19,427 nucleotides of DNA from Candidatus Fraserbacteria bacterium (GCA_037446135.1 JBBIJD010000020.1:5375-24801), one strand, 5' to 3'. Numbered from the stretch's first letter, positions 1 through 7,711 are shown. Made by a program: numbers and translations. Notes: generated by a model not told the origin, from the sequence alone.

Positions 1-1185
1 CTTCGTGGGGTTGAGGATGATCGCCGCGGCCTCCTCCCCTCGGGCGACGAGCTCGAGCGCCTCCTGTACGCTCCGCTTGTAATCGACCCGCCCCTCGACG
101 GCTTCGGGAGGAATCCCGAAGATCTCAGCTAGTAGCAGGTAATGGCAGATCGTCACATCGAGCCGCCGCCAGTCCGATGAGCGGTCAGGGACCAGCTCGT
201 CCATCACGGCCTCGTCCTTCAGCTTGAGGAGGTAGTAGCCCTCCAGCCCGCGAAGGGCGAGCCCGAAGGCATGCTCTCCTCCCTCCGCGGCGCGGCGGAG
301 CCCCTCGAGGAGCCGTTCGCGTTCCTTGAGTCTCTCCAAGCTAAAGTAGCGGGCGAGCTCCTTCTCCAGCCTCTTGGGATCAAGGTCCCCGACGAGCTCG
401 TGGACCAGCCGGTGGGTGGGGAAGATCACGAGCCCCCGATCGTCCATATTGACGAAGGTAAGCATCACATTGTGGTAGCATTCGGGGCAGGAGCATCTCT
501 CCCTCGCGGCCTCCATCTCATCTCGGAAGGCGAGAGCCGTCTCGTAGCGATGATGGCCGTCGGCGATGAACAATGTCTTATCCCGCATCGCGGCCACGAT
601 TTGTTCTAATACATTCTTGTCCTGGATCGGCCAGAGGCGATGGCTCGCTCCGGGATCGAAGCTATCGACGGCCGAGAGGGGCTCTCGGCCGGAGATGGCC
701 CGATCCAAGAGCTGGTTGATCACGAGCTTGGGGTCGGAATAGAGGACGAAGACCTGACCCAGGTTGGCCCTTGTGGCCCGCATCAGCTTCATCCGGTCCT
801 CTTTAGGCTTAGAGAGGGTCCGCTCATGGGGGAGGATCTCTTGGCCATACTCGGCCAGCCTAAAGAGGGCGATGAAGCCCTTCCGCGTGAGCTGTTCGCC
901 CCTATCGCTTTGATAATCCTGGTAGTAGGCGTAGATCGTCGGCTCTTGGTCGCGGATCAAGATCCCCTCAGCCAGCCATTCCTCTAGGGTCTCTTCGGCC
1001 TCGGTATAGCGCCGCTCGCCCGGCGAGCGATTGAGGTTGATCCGGACGAAGTTATAGGGGCTCCGGCGATAATACCCCTCTTGCATCTCCGGGGTGATCT
1101 TGTCGTATGGCTGGGTCACGACCTCAGAGAGGTCCACCCGCTCAGGGTTATACCTGATCCCACGGAAGGGGAAGATCTCAGCCAT
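1..1185 (-). CDS. DUF1015 family protein (3' end truncated by window edge)
   Basis: Not in the ORF track. Hand translation from the ATG at 1185 gives MAEIFPFRGIRYNPERVDLSEVVTQPYDKITPEMQEGYYRRSPYNFVRI...ILPHERTLSKPKEDR...LFIADGHHRYETA...IILNPTK. PFRG, PYD, PHE-T and IADGHHRY are DUF1015 hallmarks. It starts 10 nt after the serA stop. Confidence 0.9.
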   Translation of the reverse strand, partial: MAEIFPFRGIRYNPERVDLSEVVTQPYDKITPEMQEGYYRRSPYNFVRINLNRSPGERRYTEAEETLEEWLAEGILIRDQEPTIYAYYQDYQSDRGEQLTRKGFIALFRLAEYGQEILPHERTLSKPKEDRMKLMRATRANLGQVFVLYSDPKLVINQLLDRAISGREPLSAVDSFDPGASHRLWPIQDKNVLEQIVAAMRDKTLFIADGHHRYETALAFRDEMEAARERCSCPECYHNVMLTFVNMDDRGLVIFPTHRLVHELVGDLDPKRLEKELARYFSLERLKERERLLEGLRRAAEGGEHAFGLALRGLEGYYLLKLKDEAVMDELVPDRSSDWRRLDVTICHYLLLAEIFGIPPEAVEGRVDYKRSVQEALELVARGEEAAAIILNPTK

Positions 1186-1195
1186 CTTTGCCAGC

Positions 1196-2104
1196 CTAGC
1201 TTAAAGCGGCGATCATCTTCTCCGCGATCTCCACCCCGGCGCGGAGCTGGCCCTCCTCCGCCGAAGCCCCGAGATGGGGTGTCCCGATGACATTGTCCAG
1301 CTTCAATAGGGGATTATCCTTCGGCGGCTCCTCCTCGAAGACATCCAGGGCTGCTCCGGCGACCTTCCCGCTCACTAGGGCCTCATAGAGGGCCTGTTCG
1401 TCGATGACCCCGCCCCGGGCGCAATTGATGATCCTCACCCCTGGTTTCATCAGCTCGAACTCCCTCTTCCCGAGCATATGCCTCGTCTCCGGCGCGAGCG
1501 GGACATGGATGGTGATGTAGTCAGAGTATTGGAGCAAGTCCTCCAGTGGGAGGAGCTTCAGCCCGAGGTCTCGGACATCGGTCTCACGGACATAAGGGTC
1601 ATAGGCTACGATATCCATCCCGAAGGCAATTGCCCGCTTAGCTACCTCCCTCCCGATCCGTCCGATCCCGATGATCCCCAGCGTCTTCCCATAGAGCTCG
1701 GTCCCCATGAAGCGCTTCTTCTCCCACTTCCCGGCCTTAAGGGAAGCCGTCGCCTGCGGGATGTGGCGCGCGAGAGCCAGCATGTGGCCCATTGTGAGCT
1801 CGGCCACGGAGATCGTCGTCGCCCCTGGGGTATTCAAGACCTTGATCCCCCGCTCCTTGGCTGCCTCGGCGTCGACATTGTCCAGCCCGATCCCCGCCCG
1901 TCCGATCGCCTTCAGGGCCTTCCCGGCTTGGATTACTTCGCGGGTGACCTTCGTGGCCGAGCGGACGATCAGCCCATCGTATTCCGGGATCACCTTGATC
2001 AGCTCCTCTGGGGTGAGGCCGGTCTTGACCTCGACCTCGAAGCCGGCCTCGCGGAGCTTAGTGATCCCCTCCTCAGCGATAGCGTCACTTACCAGGATCT
2101 TCAT
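1196..2104 (-). CDS. serA: D-3-phosphoglycerate dehydrogenase / D-2-hydroxyacid dehydrogenase, short form without ACT domain
   Basis: Motifs MKILVSD, VRSATKV, GRAGIGLDNVD, GIIGIGRIG (Rossmann), INCARGG, DVFEEEP and TPHLGAS. Start placed at ATG 2104 because GGAGGTG lies just upstream; the ORF track extends it to 2161. Confidence 0.88.
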   Translation of the reverse strand: MKILVSDAIAEEGITKLREAGFEVEVKTGLTPEELIKVIPEYDGLIVRSATKVTREVIQAGKALKAIGRAGIGLDNVDAEAAKERGIKVLNTPGATTISVAELTMGHMLALARHIPQATASLKAGKWEKKRFMGTELYGKTLGIIGIGRIGREVAKRAIAFGMDIVAYDPYVRETDVRDLGLKLLPLEDLLQYSDYITIHVPLAPETRHMLGKREFELMKPGVRIINCARGGVIDEQALYEALVSGKVAGAALDVFEEEPPKDNPLLKLDNVIGTPHLGASAEEGQLRAGVEIAEKMIAALS

Positions 2105-2129
2105 CTTCACCTCCCTCGACTCAGTCGGA

Positions 2130-3209
2130 TCAGGCCGGCACGCCGGCAGCGATGATCTCATCGATCCAGCTCAAGAGCTCCTTAATATCGGCGAGCTGGA
2201 TGTCCCCCATATGGGCGATCCGGAAGGTCTTCTCCTTCAGCTTCCCGTAGCCGTTGGAGATCGCCGCTCCTCGCTTCCCCAGCTCCTCATTGAGGGCGGC
2301 GACGCTGATCCCCTTGGTATTCTTGATCGCCGTCAGGGTGTTCGACTCATACCCCGGCTGGGCGAAGAGGGCGAAGTTCTCCCTGGCCCACTCCCGGACA
2401 TAGTCGGCCATCGCCTTGTGCCTTGCGAACCGATTCTCTAGCCCCTCGGCGAAGATGTCGTCCATCTGCTTGTTCAGGGCATAAAGATGAGAGATAGAGG
2501 GCGTGGCCGGGGTCTGTTGCCGTTCATCGAGGTAGCGCTTCAGGGTCAGGAAGTCGAAATAGTAGCCGCGGTTCTTGACCTGCTCCGCCTTCTTCAGGGC
2601 CTTCTCGCTCACCGCCACGACCGTCAGCCCCGGCGGGAGGGCGAAGCACTTCTGGACTCCAGCGAGGATCACATCGATCCCCAGCTTATCGACCTCGATC
2701 TTCACCCCGGCCATCGAGGAGACGGCGTCGACCATGAAGATCACATCCGGGTATTTCTTCATCACTGCCGCGATCTCCGGGAGGGGGTTCATCACCCCGG
2801 TCGAGCTCTCATTGTGGACGACGGTAAGGGCATCATACTTCCCTGTCGCCAGCTTCCTATCGATCTCCTCCGGGAGATTGGCCATCCCCCACTCGACCTC
2901 CAAGGGATCGGCCTCCTTCCCGTTGGCGAGGGTGATCTCATGCCACCTTTGGGAGAAGGCCCCACAGATAGCATTGAGGCAGCGCTTGGCGACGCAATTG
3001 CGAATCGCCCCTTCCATCATCCCCGTGGAGCTGGAGGTAGACATGAAGACATAGTTCTTAGTATAAAGGAGCTTCTGGACCTTGGCGGTGACCTCCATCA
3101 AAAGTGTCGAGAATTCCTTCATCCGGTGGCCGATCATCGGCCTGGCCATCTCCTTGAGGATCTCCGGCCGGACCTCCGTCGGACCAGGGATAAAGAGCTT
3201 CTTGTGCAT
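2130..3209 (-). CDS. Class V PLP aminotransferase (serine-pyruvate/alanine-glyoxylate type; probable phosphoserine aminotransferase role by context)
   Basis: Motifs LFIPGPTEV, HNESSTG, VDAVSS, QKCFALPPG (PLP lysine) and FRIAHMG. SD AAGGAGG upstream. Lies directly upstream of serA. Confidence 0.9.
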   Translation of the reverse strand: MHKKLFIPGPTEVRPEILKEMARPMIGHRMKEFSTLLMEVTAKVQKLLYTKNYVFMSTSSSTGMMEGAIRNCVAKRCLNAICGAFSQRWHEITLANGKEADPLEVEWGMANLPEEIDRKLATGKYDALTVVHNESSTGVMNPLPEIAAVMKKYPDVIFMVDAVSSMAGVKIEVDKLGIDVILAGVQKCFALPPGLTVVAVSEKALKKAEQVKNRGYYFDFLTLKRYLDERQQTPATPSISHLYALNKQMDDIFAEGLENRFARHKAMADYVREWARENFALFAQPGYESNTLTAIKNTKGISVAALNEELGKRGAAISNGYGKLKEKTFRIAHMGDIQLADIKELLSWIDEIIAAGVPA

Positions 3210-3247
3210 CTTCCCTCCTTCGGGTCGTGTCAGGATATCTCCTAAGA

Positions 3248-3277
3248 ATTATCCTGGAGCCAAGGGGGCATTGTCAA
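3248..3277 (-). promoter_or_regulatory. sigma70-type promoter for the aminotransferase-serA-DUF1015 operon
   Basis: TTGACA (3277-3272), 18-nt spacer, GATAAT (3253-3248), about 40 nt upstream of the ATG at 3209. Confidence 0.7.
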
Positions 3278-3341
3278 ACCCGCCCGGTGGCCGCCTAGAG
3301 CTCATCATTTCTTCATCGCGCTAGGGTCTCAGGAGGCCGGG

Positions 3342-3719
3342 CTAGTGGCTGGTCTTACTCCGGGGGCGAATTCGGCTGAGCCAACTGATGAGCTGTTTCC
3401 ACCAAGGCCGCCTGACCTCGACGAGGGCATGGAGGCGCTGGATCTCCTCATCGCGCTGCTTCAGTTCGGCGCGGAGCCGCGCGTTCTCCGCGAGAGCCAC
3501 CTCATATTTTAGCTTCTCAATAGCTATCCCCGTTCTTTTACAGTTTGCCTCTAAACTGATGAGCTTCTGAAGAAGCCCCTCCTGAAGCGGATCCAGGAGG
3601 ATGGTGTTCGCCGGCCCACGGCGGACCTTCATCAGGCCGGCCTCCTCCAGGGCGACGATACGGCGGTAGAGCCACTGCTTGGGGTGGCCGTTTGTAACGA
3701 GCTCATCGAGCGTTTTCAT
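3342..3719 (-). CDS. Hypothetical protein: putative MerR-like winged HTH, coiled coil and C-terminal Trp/Arg amphipathic helix
   Basis: 125-aa ORF with SD GGAGGTG 8 nt before the ATG. Heptad-like segment LAENARLRAELKQRDEEIQRLHALV and tail RRPWWKQLISWLSRI. The HTH assignment is by pattern only. Confidence 0.7.
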   Translation of the reverse strand: MKTLDELVTNGHPKQWLYRRIVALEEAGLMKVRRGPANTILLDPLQEGLLQKLISLEANCKRTGIAIEKLKYEVALAENARLRAELKQRDEEIQRLHALVEVRRPWWKQLISWLSRIRPRSKTSH

Positions 3720-3826
3720 CGGCTCATCACCTCCACATCAGAATAGCGACAAACCGAGGCGAAAGTGAGGAACCCGGTCCTGATCGCAGCGGAAACTCGA
3801 CCGCCGCTCGTCAGTCCCTTAGCCGG

Positions 3827-3976
3827 TCAGAGGATCGACTTCTGTCGCGCCTTGAGCCAGTGGCCGAAGGCAATTATCAGATCCCCAAGGCTCCAGACAA
3901 GCTGCTTCCGTAACTTCCCGGCTTTGCTCGCGCGGTTGGCAAGCTTCAACAGGGCGTAGGGACCCAGATTGAACAT
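3827..3976 (-). CDS. Small 49-aa basic hypothetical protein
   Basis: SD AAGGAG (3988-3983), 6-nt spacer, ATG at 3976. Translation MFNLGPYALLKLANRASKAGKLRKQLVWSLGDLIIAFGHWLKARQKSIL, TGA at 3829-3827. Below the ORF-track size cut-off. Confidence 0.6.
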   Translation of the reverse strand: MFNLGPYALLKLANRASKAGKLRKQLVWSLGDLIIAFGHWLKARQKSIL

Positions 3977-3982
3977 CCGAAT

Positions 3983-4558
3983 CTCCTTAGCTACCAGGAC
4001 TTAGTCGCTTGGGCCGAACGAGCAGGTCTCCTGGACCCTGACGCGGCAGAGGGCCTTCGCCAGGGAGCGGAGCTCCACCCAGCCGAGGGCGAGGCTGCTC
4101 TCCAGAAGGCAATCGCCTTCCGGGAGGCGATCTATCGGATCTTTTCAGCGATTGCGCACCGACGGAGCCCGGAGGCTGCCGATCTCGATCTTCTGGATGC
4201 GACCCTAGCTGAAGCGCTTGCTAGAGCACGCATCACTAGGCTGGCAGGCGGTTTCGTCTGGAGATGGGAGAGCGGTAAGAATCTCGAGCAGATTCTCTGG
4301 CCGGTTGCCCGTTCAGCAGCGGAGCTCCTAACCTCAGAAGACTTGCAGCGGGTCGGAGAGTGCGCTGATGCCCGCTGCGGCTGGCTCTTCCTCGACCGAA
4401 GCCGGAACCGCACCCGCCGCTGGTGCGACATGAAAGACTGCGACAACCGCGCCAAGGTCCGCAGATACTATGAGCAGCGGCGGGCCGCAGGCAAGCCTAC
4501 AGCTCCCGGAGGATCGCCCGGATCAGGCGGAGGAACTCTGCTCCTCTTTGGGCCGTGA
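3983..4558 (+). pseudogene. 5'-truncated ABATE-domain / CGNR zinc-finger protein
   Basis: The frame is open from 3914 (after TAA 3911-3913) but has no ATG/GTG/TTG until 4343. From 3983 it reads LLSYQDLVAWAERAGLL...AIAFREAIYRIFSA...ILWPVARSAAELLTSEDLQRVGECADARCGWLFLDRSRNRTRRWCDMKDCDNRAKVRRYY. This is ABATE plus zf-CGNR, missing the N-terminal LDFxNT segment, with CGNR changed to CDNR. Confidence 0.75.
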
Positions 4559-5321
4559 CCTCGAGGACCTCCTCATGGGTCAGCTTGGAATGGCCGATCC
4601 CGGCGGCCATGTTCGTCACGCAGGAGAGCCCTAACACCTCCAGGCCGCAGTGGACTGCGGCTATGACCTCCGGGACGGTCGACATCCCCACGAGGTCGGC
4701 CCCAAGCCTCTTGTAAGCCTGGATCTCCGCCGGGGTCTCATACATCGGTCCCGGCGCGGCCAGGTAGATCCCCTCCCGAAGCTCAACTCCCTCCCTGAGG
4801 GCGGCCCGGACGGCCGCTTCCCTCAGCCTCGGGCTGTAAGCATCATTCATGCTGGGGAACCGCGGGCCGAGCTCCTCGAGGTTCTCGCCCCGCAAGGGGT
4901 TGTCGGGAAGCATGCTGATATGATCCTTGATCAGGACCAAGTCCCCGGGGGAAAAGGTCTCGTTGATCGCCCCCGCGGCATTGGTGATGATCAGCTGCTC
5001 CACCCCCAGGAGCTTCATCAATCGGACGGGGAAGGCCACCTCATTCATGGAGTAGCCCTCATAGTAATGGACCCGGCCCTTCTGGACTAAGATCACTCTA
5101 CCTTCGATCCGCCCGGCGCAGAGCTCACCCGCATGGCCGGGGACGGTCGAGCGGGGGAAGTGCGGGATCTCTGAGAAGGGGAGGCACTGTCCATCCTCCA
5201 ATTCCAGCGCTTGAGAGAGGCCTGAGCCGAGGATCAAGCCGATCTCCGGTTTAAGATGGAACTCCTGCCTCACCTGCACGGCCGCGGCCCGCAACCTCTC
5301 CAACTCTTGGTCCGTCCTCAT
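4497..5321 (-). CDS. punA: Purine nucleoside phosphorylase, trimeric inosine/guanosine-specific type
   Basis: Motifs ILGSGL, STVPGHAG, GRVHYYEG, TNAAG, GPMYETPAE, VGMSTVPE and CVTNMAAG (Asn of 6-oxopurine-specific PNPs). Confidence 0.93.
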   Translation of the reverse strand: MRTDQELERLRAAAVQVRQEFHLKPEIGLILGSGLSQALELEDGQCLPFSEIPHFPRSTVPGHAGELCAGRIEGRVILVQKGRVHYYEGYSMNEVAFPVRLMKLLGVEQLIITNAAGAINETFSPGDLVLIKDHISMLPDNPLRGENLEELGPRFPSMNDAYSPRLREAAVRAALREGVELREGIYLAAPGPMYETPAEIQAYKRLGADLVGMSTVPEVIAAVHCGLEVLGLSCVTNMAAGIGHSKLTHEEVLEVTAQRGAEFLRLIRAILREL

Positions 5322-5331
5322 CTGAATCTGA

Positions 5332-6378
5332 TCATTTGGGCTCAGCAGCCCCTAAGCGTCGCCTGATCCGCTCCAGCCCGGACTTGATCGCCCGCGCCCG
5401 CACCTCCCCCACGCCCTTGATGCTCATCAACTCCTCCTCGTTTACCTTCAGCAGCCGCTCCAGGCCCCCGAACTCACGGACTAGCTCCTCGATCACCGAT
5501 GGAGGGAGGCGGGGGATCTCGCTCAGGACCCGATAGCCCCGGGAGGAGATCGCCCGATCGAGGGCCTCCTCTCCGCCCTCATAGCCCAAGAGCCCCATGA
5601 TCCGCTCCGAGGAGAGGAGCTCCTCCGTGGGGAGGGCCCGGATCGCCTTGATCACCTCCTCATCGGGCCGGTCGTTCGCCCGGAAGTCTCGGACAAGGAG
5701 GGTGAAGGTCTCGTGGACATTGAGCATCATCCATTCGAGGAGGAGCTCGAGGAACTCCCGTTCCGTCCCGAGCTCGACGAACCTCCGGCGGACCTCGTCC
5801 TCGATCTCCATCATCTGGACAATTAGTTGGATCAGGTTCGCCACATGGAACGGAGAGACCCTCCCCTCGAACTCCAGCAAGGTCAGCTCATTCAGGAGGT
5901 CGTCGAATGTCCCGCGATACTGCTCAAGGATCCTTAAGGCCTGGTTGACCCGGGAGATGATGGTGGGGATATCGTGGAGGACATACTTCTCCTGGCCAAA
6001 GTAGATGGTCACGCGGCTGAGAGCAGCGGAGATGGCGATGACCGGGACCCCGAGCTGTTTGGCCACCCGCTCGGCCGTGAGGTGCCTCGTCCCCGTCTCC
6101 TCGGAGGGGATCCGCGGGTCCGGGACGAGGAAGGCGTTGGCATAGATGATCCGCTTCAAGCTCGGATCGAGGACGATCGCCCGGTCCATCTTCGCCAGCT
6201 CGCTCAAGCGTTGGGGGGTGAACTCGGTGTTCAAGCGGAAGCCGCTCTGCACGACCTCTTTGGCTTTCTCCTCATCAGCGATCACGATCAGCCCCCCCTG
6301 GCCGCGCTCGATGATCGAGTCGAGCGCCTCCCGCAAGGGCGTCCCCGGCGCGAGCCGCTTTAAGATCTCCTCGCTCAT
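5332..6378 (-). CDS. disA: DNA integrity scanning protein DisA with atypical diadenylate cyclase motifs
   Basis: LAPGTPLRE N-terminus, ELAKMDRAIVL, LVPDP, ETGTRHLTAERVAKQ, linker NQAL..LEQYR, C-terminal HhH GYRVLSEIPRLP...GVGEVRARAI. Overlaps the radA stop by 4 nt. Confidence 0.92.
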   Translation of the reverse strand: MSEEILKRLAPGTPLREALDSIIERGQGGLIVIADEEKAKEVVQSGFRLNTEFTPQRLSELAKMDRAIVLDPSLKRIIYANAFLVPDPRIPSEETGTRHLTAERVAKQLGVPVIAISAALSRVTIYFGQEKYVLHDIPTIISRVNQALRILEQYRGTFDDLLNELTLLEFEGRVSPFHVANLIQLIVQMMEIEDEVRRRFVELGTEREFLELLLEWMMLNVHETFTLLVRDFRANDRPDEEVIKAIRALPTEELLSSERIMGLLGYEGGEEALDRAISSRGYRVLSEIPRLPPSVIEELVREFGGLERLLKVNEEELMSIKGVGEVRARAIKSGLERIRRRLGAAEPK

Positions 6379-7706
6379 GTGAGGAGCACCTCCATCGCCT
6401 CCTCCAGGTTCGGGACCGGGCGTAGCTCCAGGCCGAGCCCACGCAACCGCTCTCCAGGGGGGATGACCGCTTGGCGATAGCCCAGCCGCTCGGCCTCGCC
6501 TAGTCGCTCCCGGAGCCTTCTCACCGGGCGGACCTCGCCCGCCAGGCTCACCTCCCCGATGACCACTGTATCATAACCGATCGGGCGGTTCCGGAAGGAG
6601 GAGACGATCGCGGCGATCACCCCCAGGTCAGCGGCCGTCTCTCTAATCGTGAATCCCCCGGCGGTGTTGAGATAGACATCGTCCCCGCCGATGTGGAGCC
6701 CCAAGCGCTTCTCGATCACCGCGAGGAGGAGGGCTAGCCGATTGTAGTCCAGCCCGAGGGCTCGCCGCTGGGGATAGCCGACCTCAGCATGGCGGGCCAC
6801 GACCAGGGCCTGGATCTCCACGAGGATCGGACGGGTCCCCTCTACCGCGGGGAAGACGACCGAGCCGGCCTTCGGGACGGTCGAGCGGCTAGAGAAGAGC
6901 TGGGAGGGGTTCGGGACCTCCTCCAGGCCATGCTCTCCCATCTGGAAGACCCCGAGCTCCTCGATCGAGCCATAGCGGTTCTTCACCGCCCGCAGGAGGC
7001 GGATCGTCCGCTCCTGGCTCCCCTCCAGGTATAAGACCACATCGACGAGGTGCTCGATCGCCTTCGGGCCGGCGAACTCGCCGCTCTTGGTGATGTGGCC
7101 AATGAGGAAGACCGGGATCTCCAGCTCTCTCGCGAGCTGGGCCAACGCGAAGGCCGCCATCCCCACCTGGCGGATGCTCCCCGGCTCGCCGGCCTTCTCC
7201 GAGGGGAAGACCGTCTGGATCGAATCGACCACCAGCCCTTGTGGCCGGAGCTCCCGCACCTCAGCCTCGATGCTCTCCAGCCGCTGTTCGGAGAAGATCA
7301 GGAGGTCCTGGCAGGCTCCCAAGCCCAACCGCTCAGCACGGAGCTTCACTTGGGCCGGGCCTTCCTCCCCGGAGATGTAGAGGATCGGAGGGTGAGCCTT
7401 AGCCAGGCGGGCCGCAAGTTGAAGAAGGAGGGTCGATTTCCCGATCCCCGGCTCACCCCCGATGAGGACCACTGAGCCGGAGAGGACCCCGCCTCCGAGG
7501 AGGCGGTCGAGCTCACCGATCCCAGTCGGCCAGCGGCCGCCACCCTTGAGCTCGATCTCCGCCAGCAGTTGGGGCTTCGTCCGTGGCTGAGGGGCTTCTT
7601 CACCCTCCTCTAATTGGAAACTATCCCACTCGCCACATCTGGGGCAGCGGCCCAGCCACTGCAGCGAGCCGAAGCCGCAGTGGCGACAGCGGTAGAGCCT
7701 CTTCAT
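6375..7706 (-). CDS. radA: DNA repair protein RadA/Sms
   Basis: Zn finger CRHCG...CPRCGEW, Walker A GEPGIGKST, VDSIQ, GHITK, AGPK, KNRYG motif, and Lon-like C-terminal domain (EGTRPILVEIQALV). Confidence 0.96.
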   Translation of the reverse strand: MKRLYRCRHCGFGSLQWLGRCPRCGEWDSFQLEEGEEAPQPRTKPQLLAEIELKGGGRWPTGIGELDRLLGGGVLSGSVVLIGGEPGIGKSTLLLQLAARLAKAHPPILYISGEEGPAQVKLRAERLGLGACQDLLIFSEQRLESIEAEVRELRPQGLVVDSIQTVFPSEKAGEPGSIRQVGMAAFALAQLARELEIPVFLIGHITKSGEFAGPKAIEHLVDVVLYLEGSQERTIRLLRAVKNRYGSIEELGVFQMGEHGLEEVPNPSQLFSSRSTVPKAGSVVFPAVEGTRPILVEIQALVVARHAEVGYPQRRALGLDYNRLALLLAVIEKRLGLHIGGDDVYLNTAGGFTIRETAADLGVIAAIVSSFRNRPIGYDTVVIGEVSLAGEVRPVRRLRERLGEAERLGYRQAVIPPGERLRGLGLELRPVPNLEEAMEVLLT

Positions 7707-7711
7707 CGGGA

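Noticed and set aside
1478..3245. Long + strand ORFs (225, 244, 252 and 159 aa) opposite serA and the aminotransferase
   Set aside because: Antisense shadow frames of GC-rich genes, with no recognisable motifs.
3556..3580. CTGATGA followed by a stem (also CTGATGAG at 3385 and CTGACGA on the minus strand at 3814), suggesting a hammerhead ribozyme
   Set aside because: The required GAAA after stem II is absent in all three cases.
3748..3783. ACAAACC-GAGGC-GAAA-GTGAGG, loosely resembling a c-di-GMP-I riboswitch P2
   Set aside because: Poor stem pairing, the conserved GCAAA junction is missing, and there is no credible downstream + strand gene.
3765..3959. 64-aa + strand ORF as a possible frameshifted N-terminus of the ABATE gene
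   Set aside because: No LDFxNT motif, too long a spacing, and it is antisense to the better-supported 49-aa ORF.
4132..4455. 107-aa minus-strand ORF
   Set aside because: Antisense to the clear ABATE/CGNR frame and low-information Ser/Arg-rich sequence.
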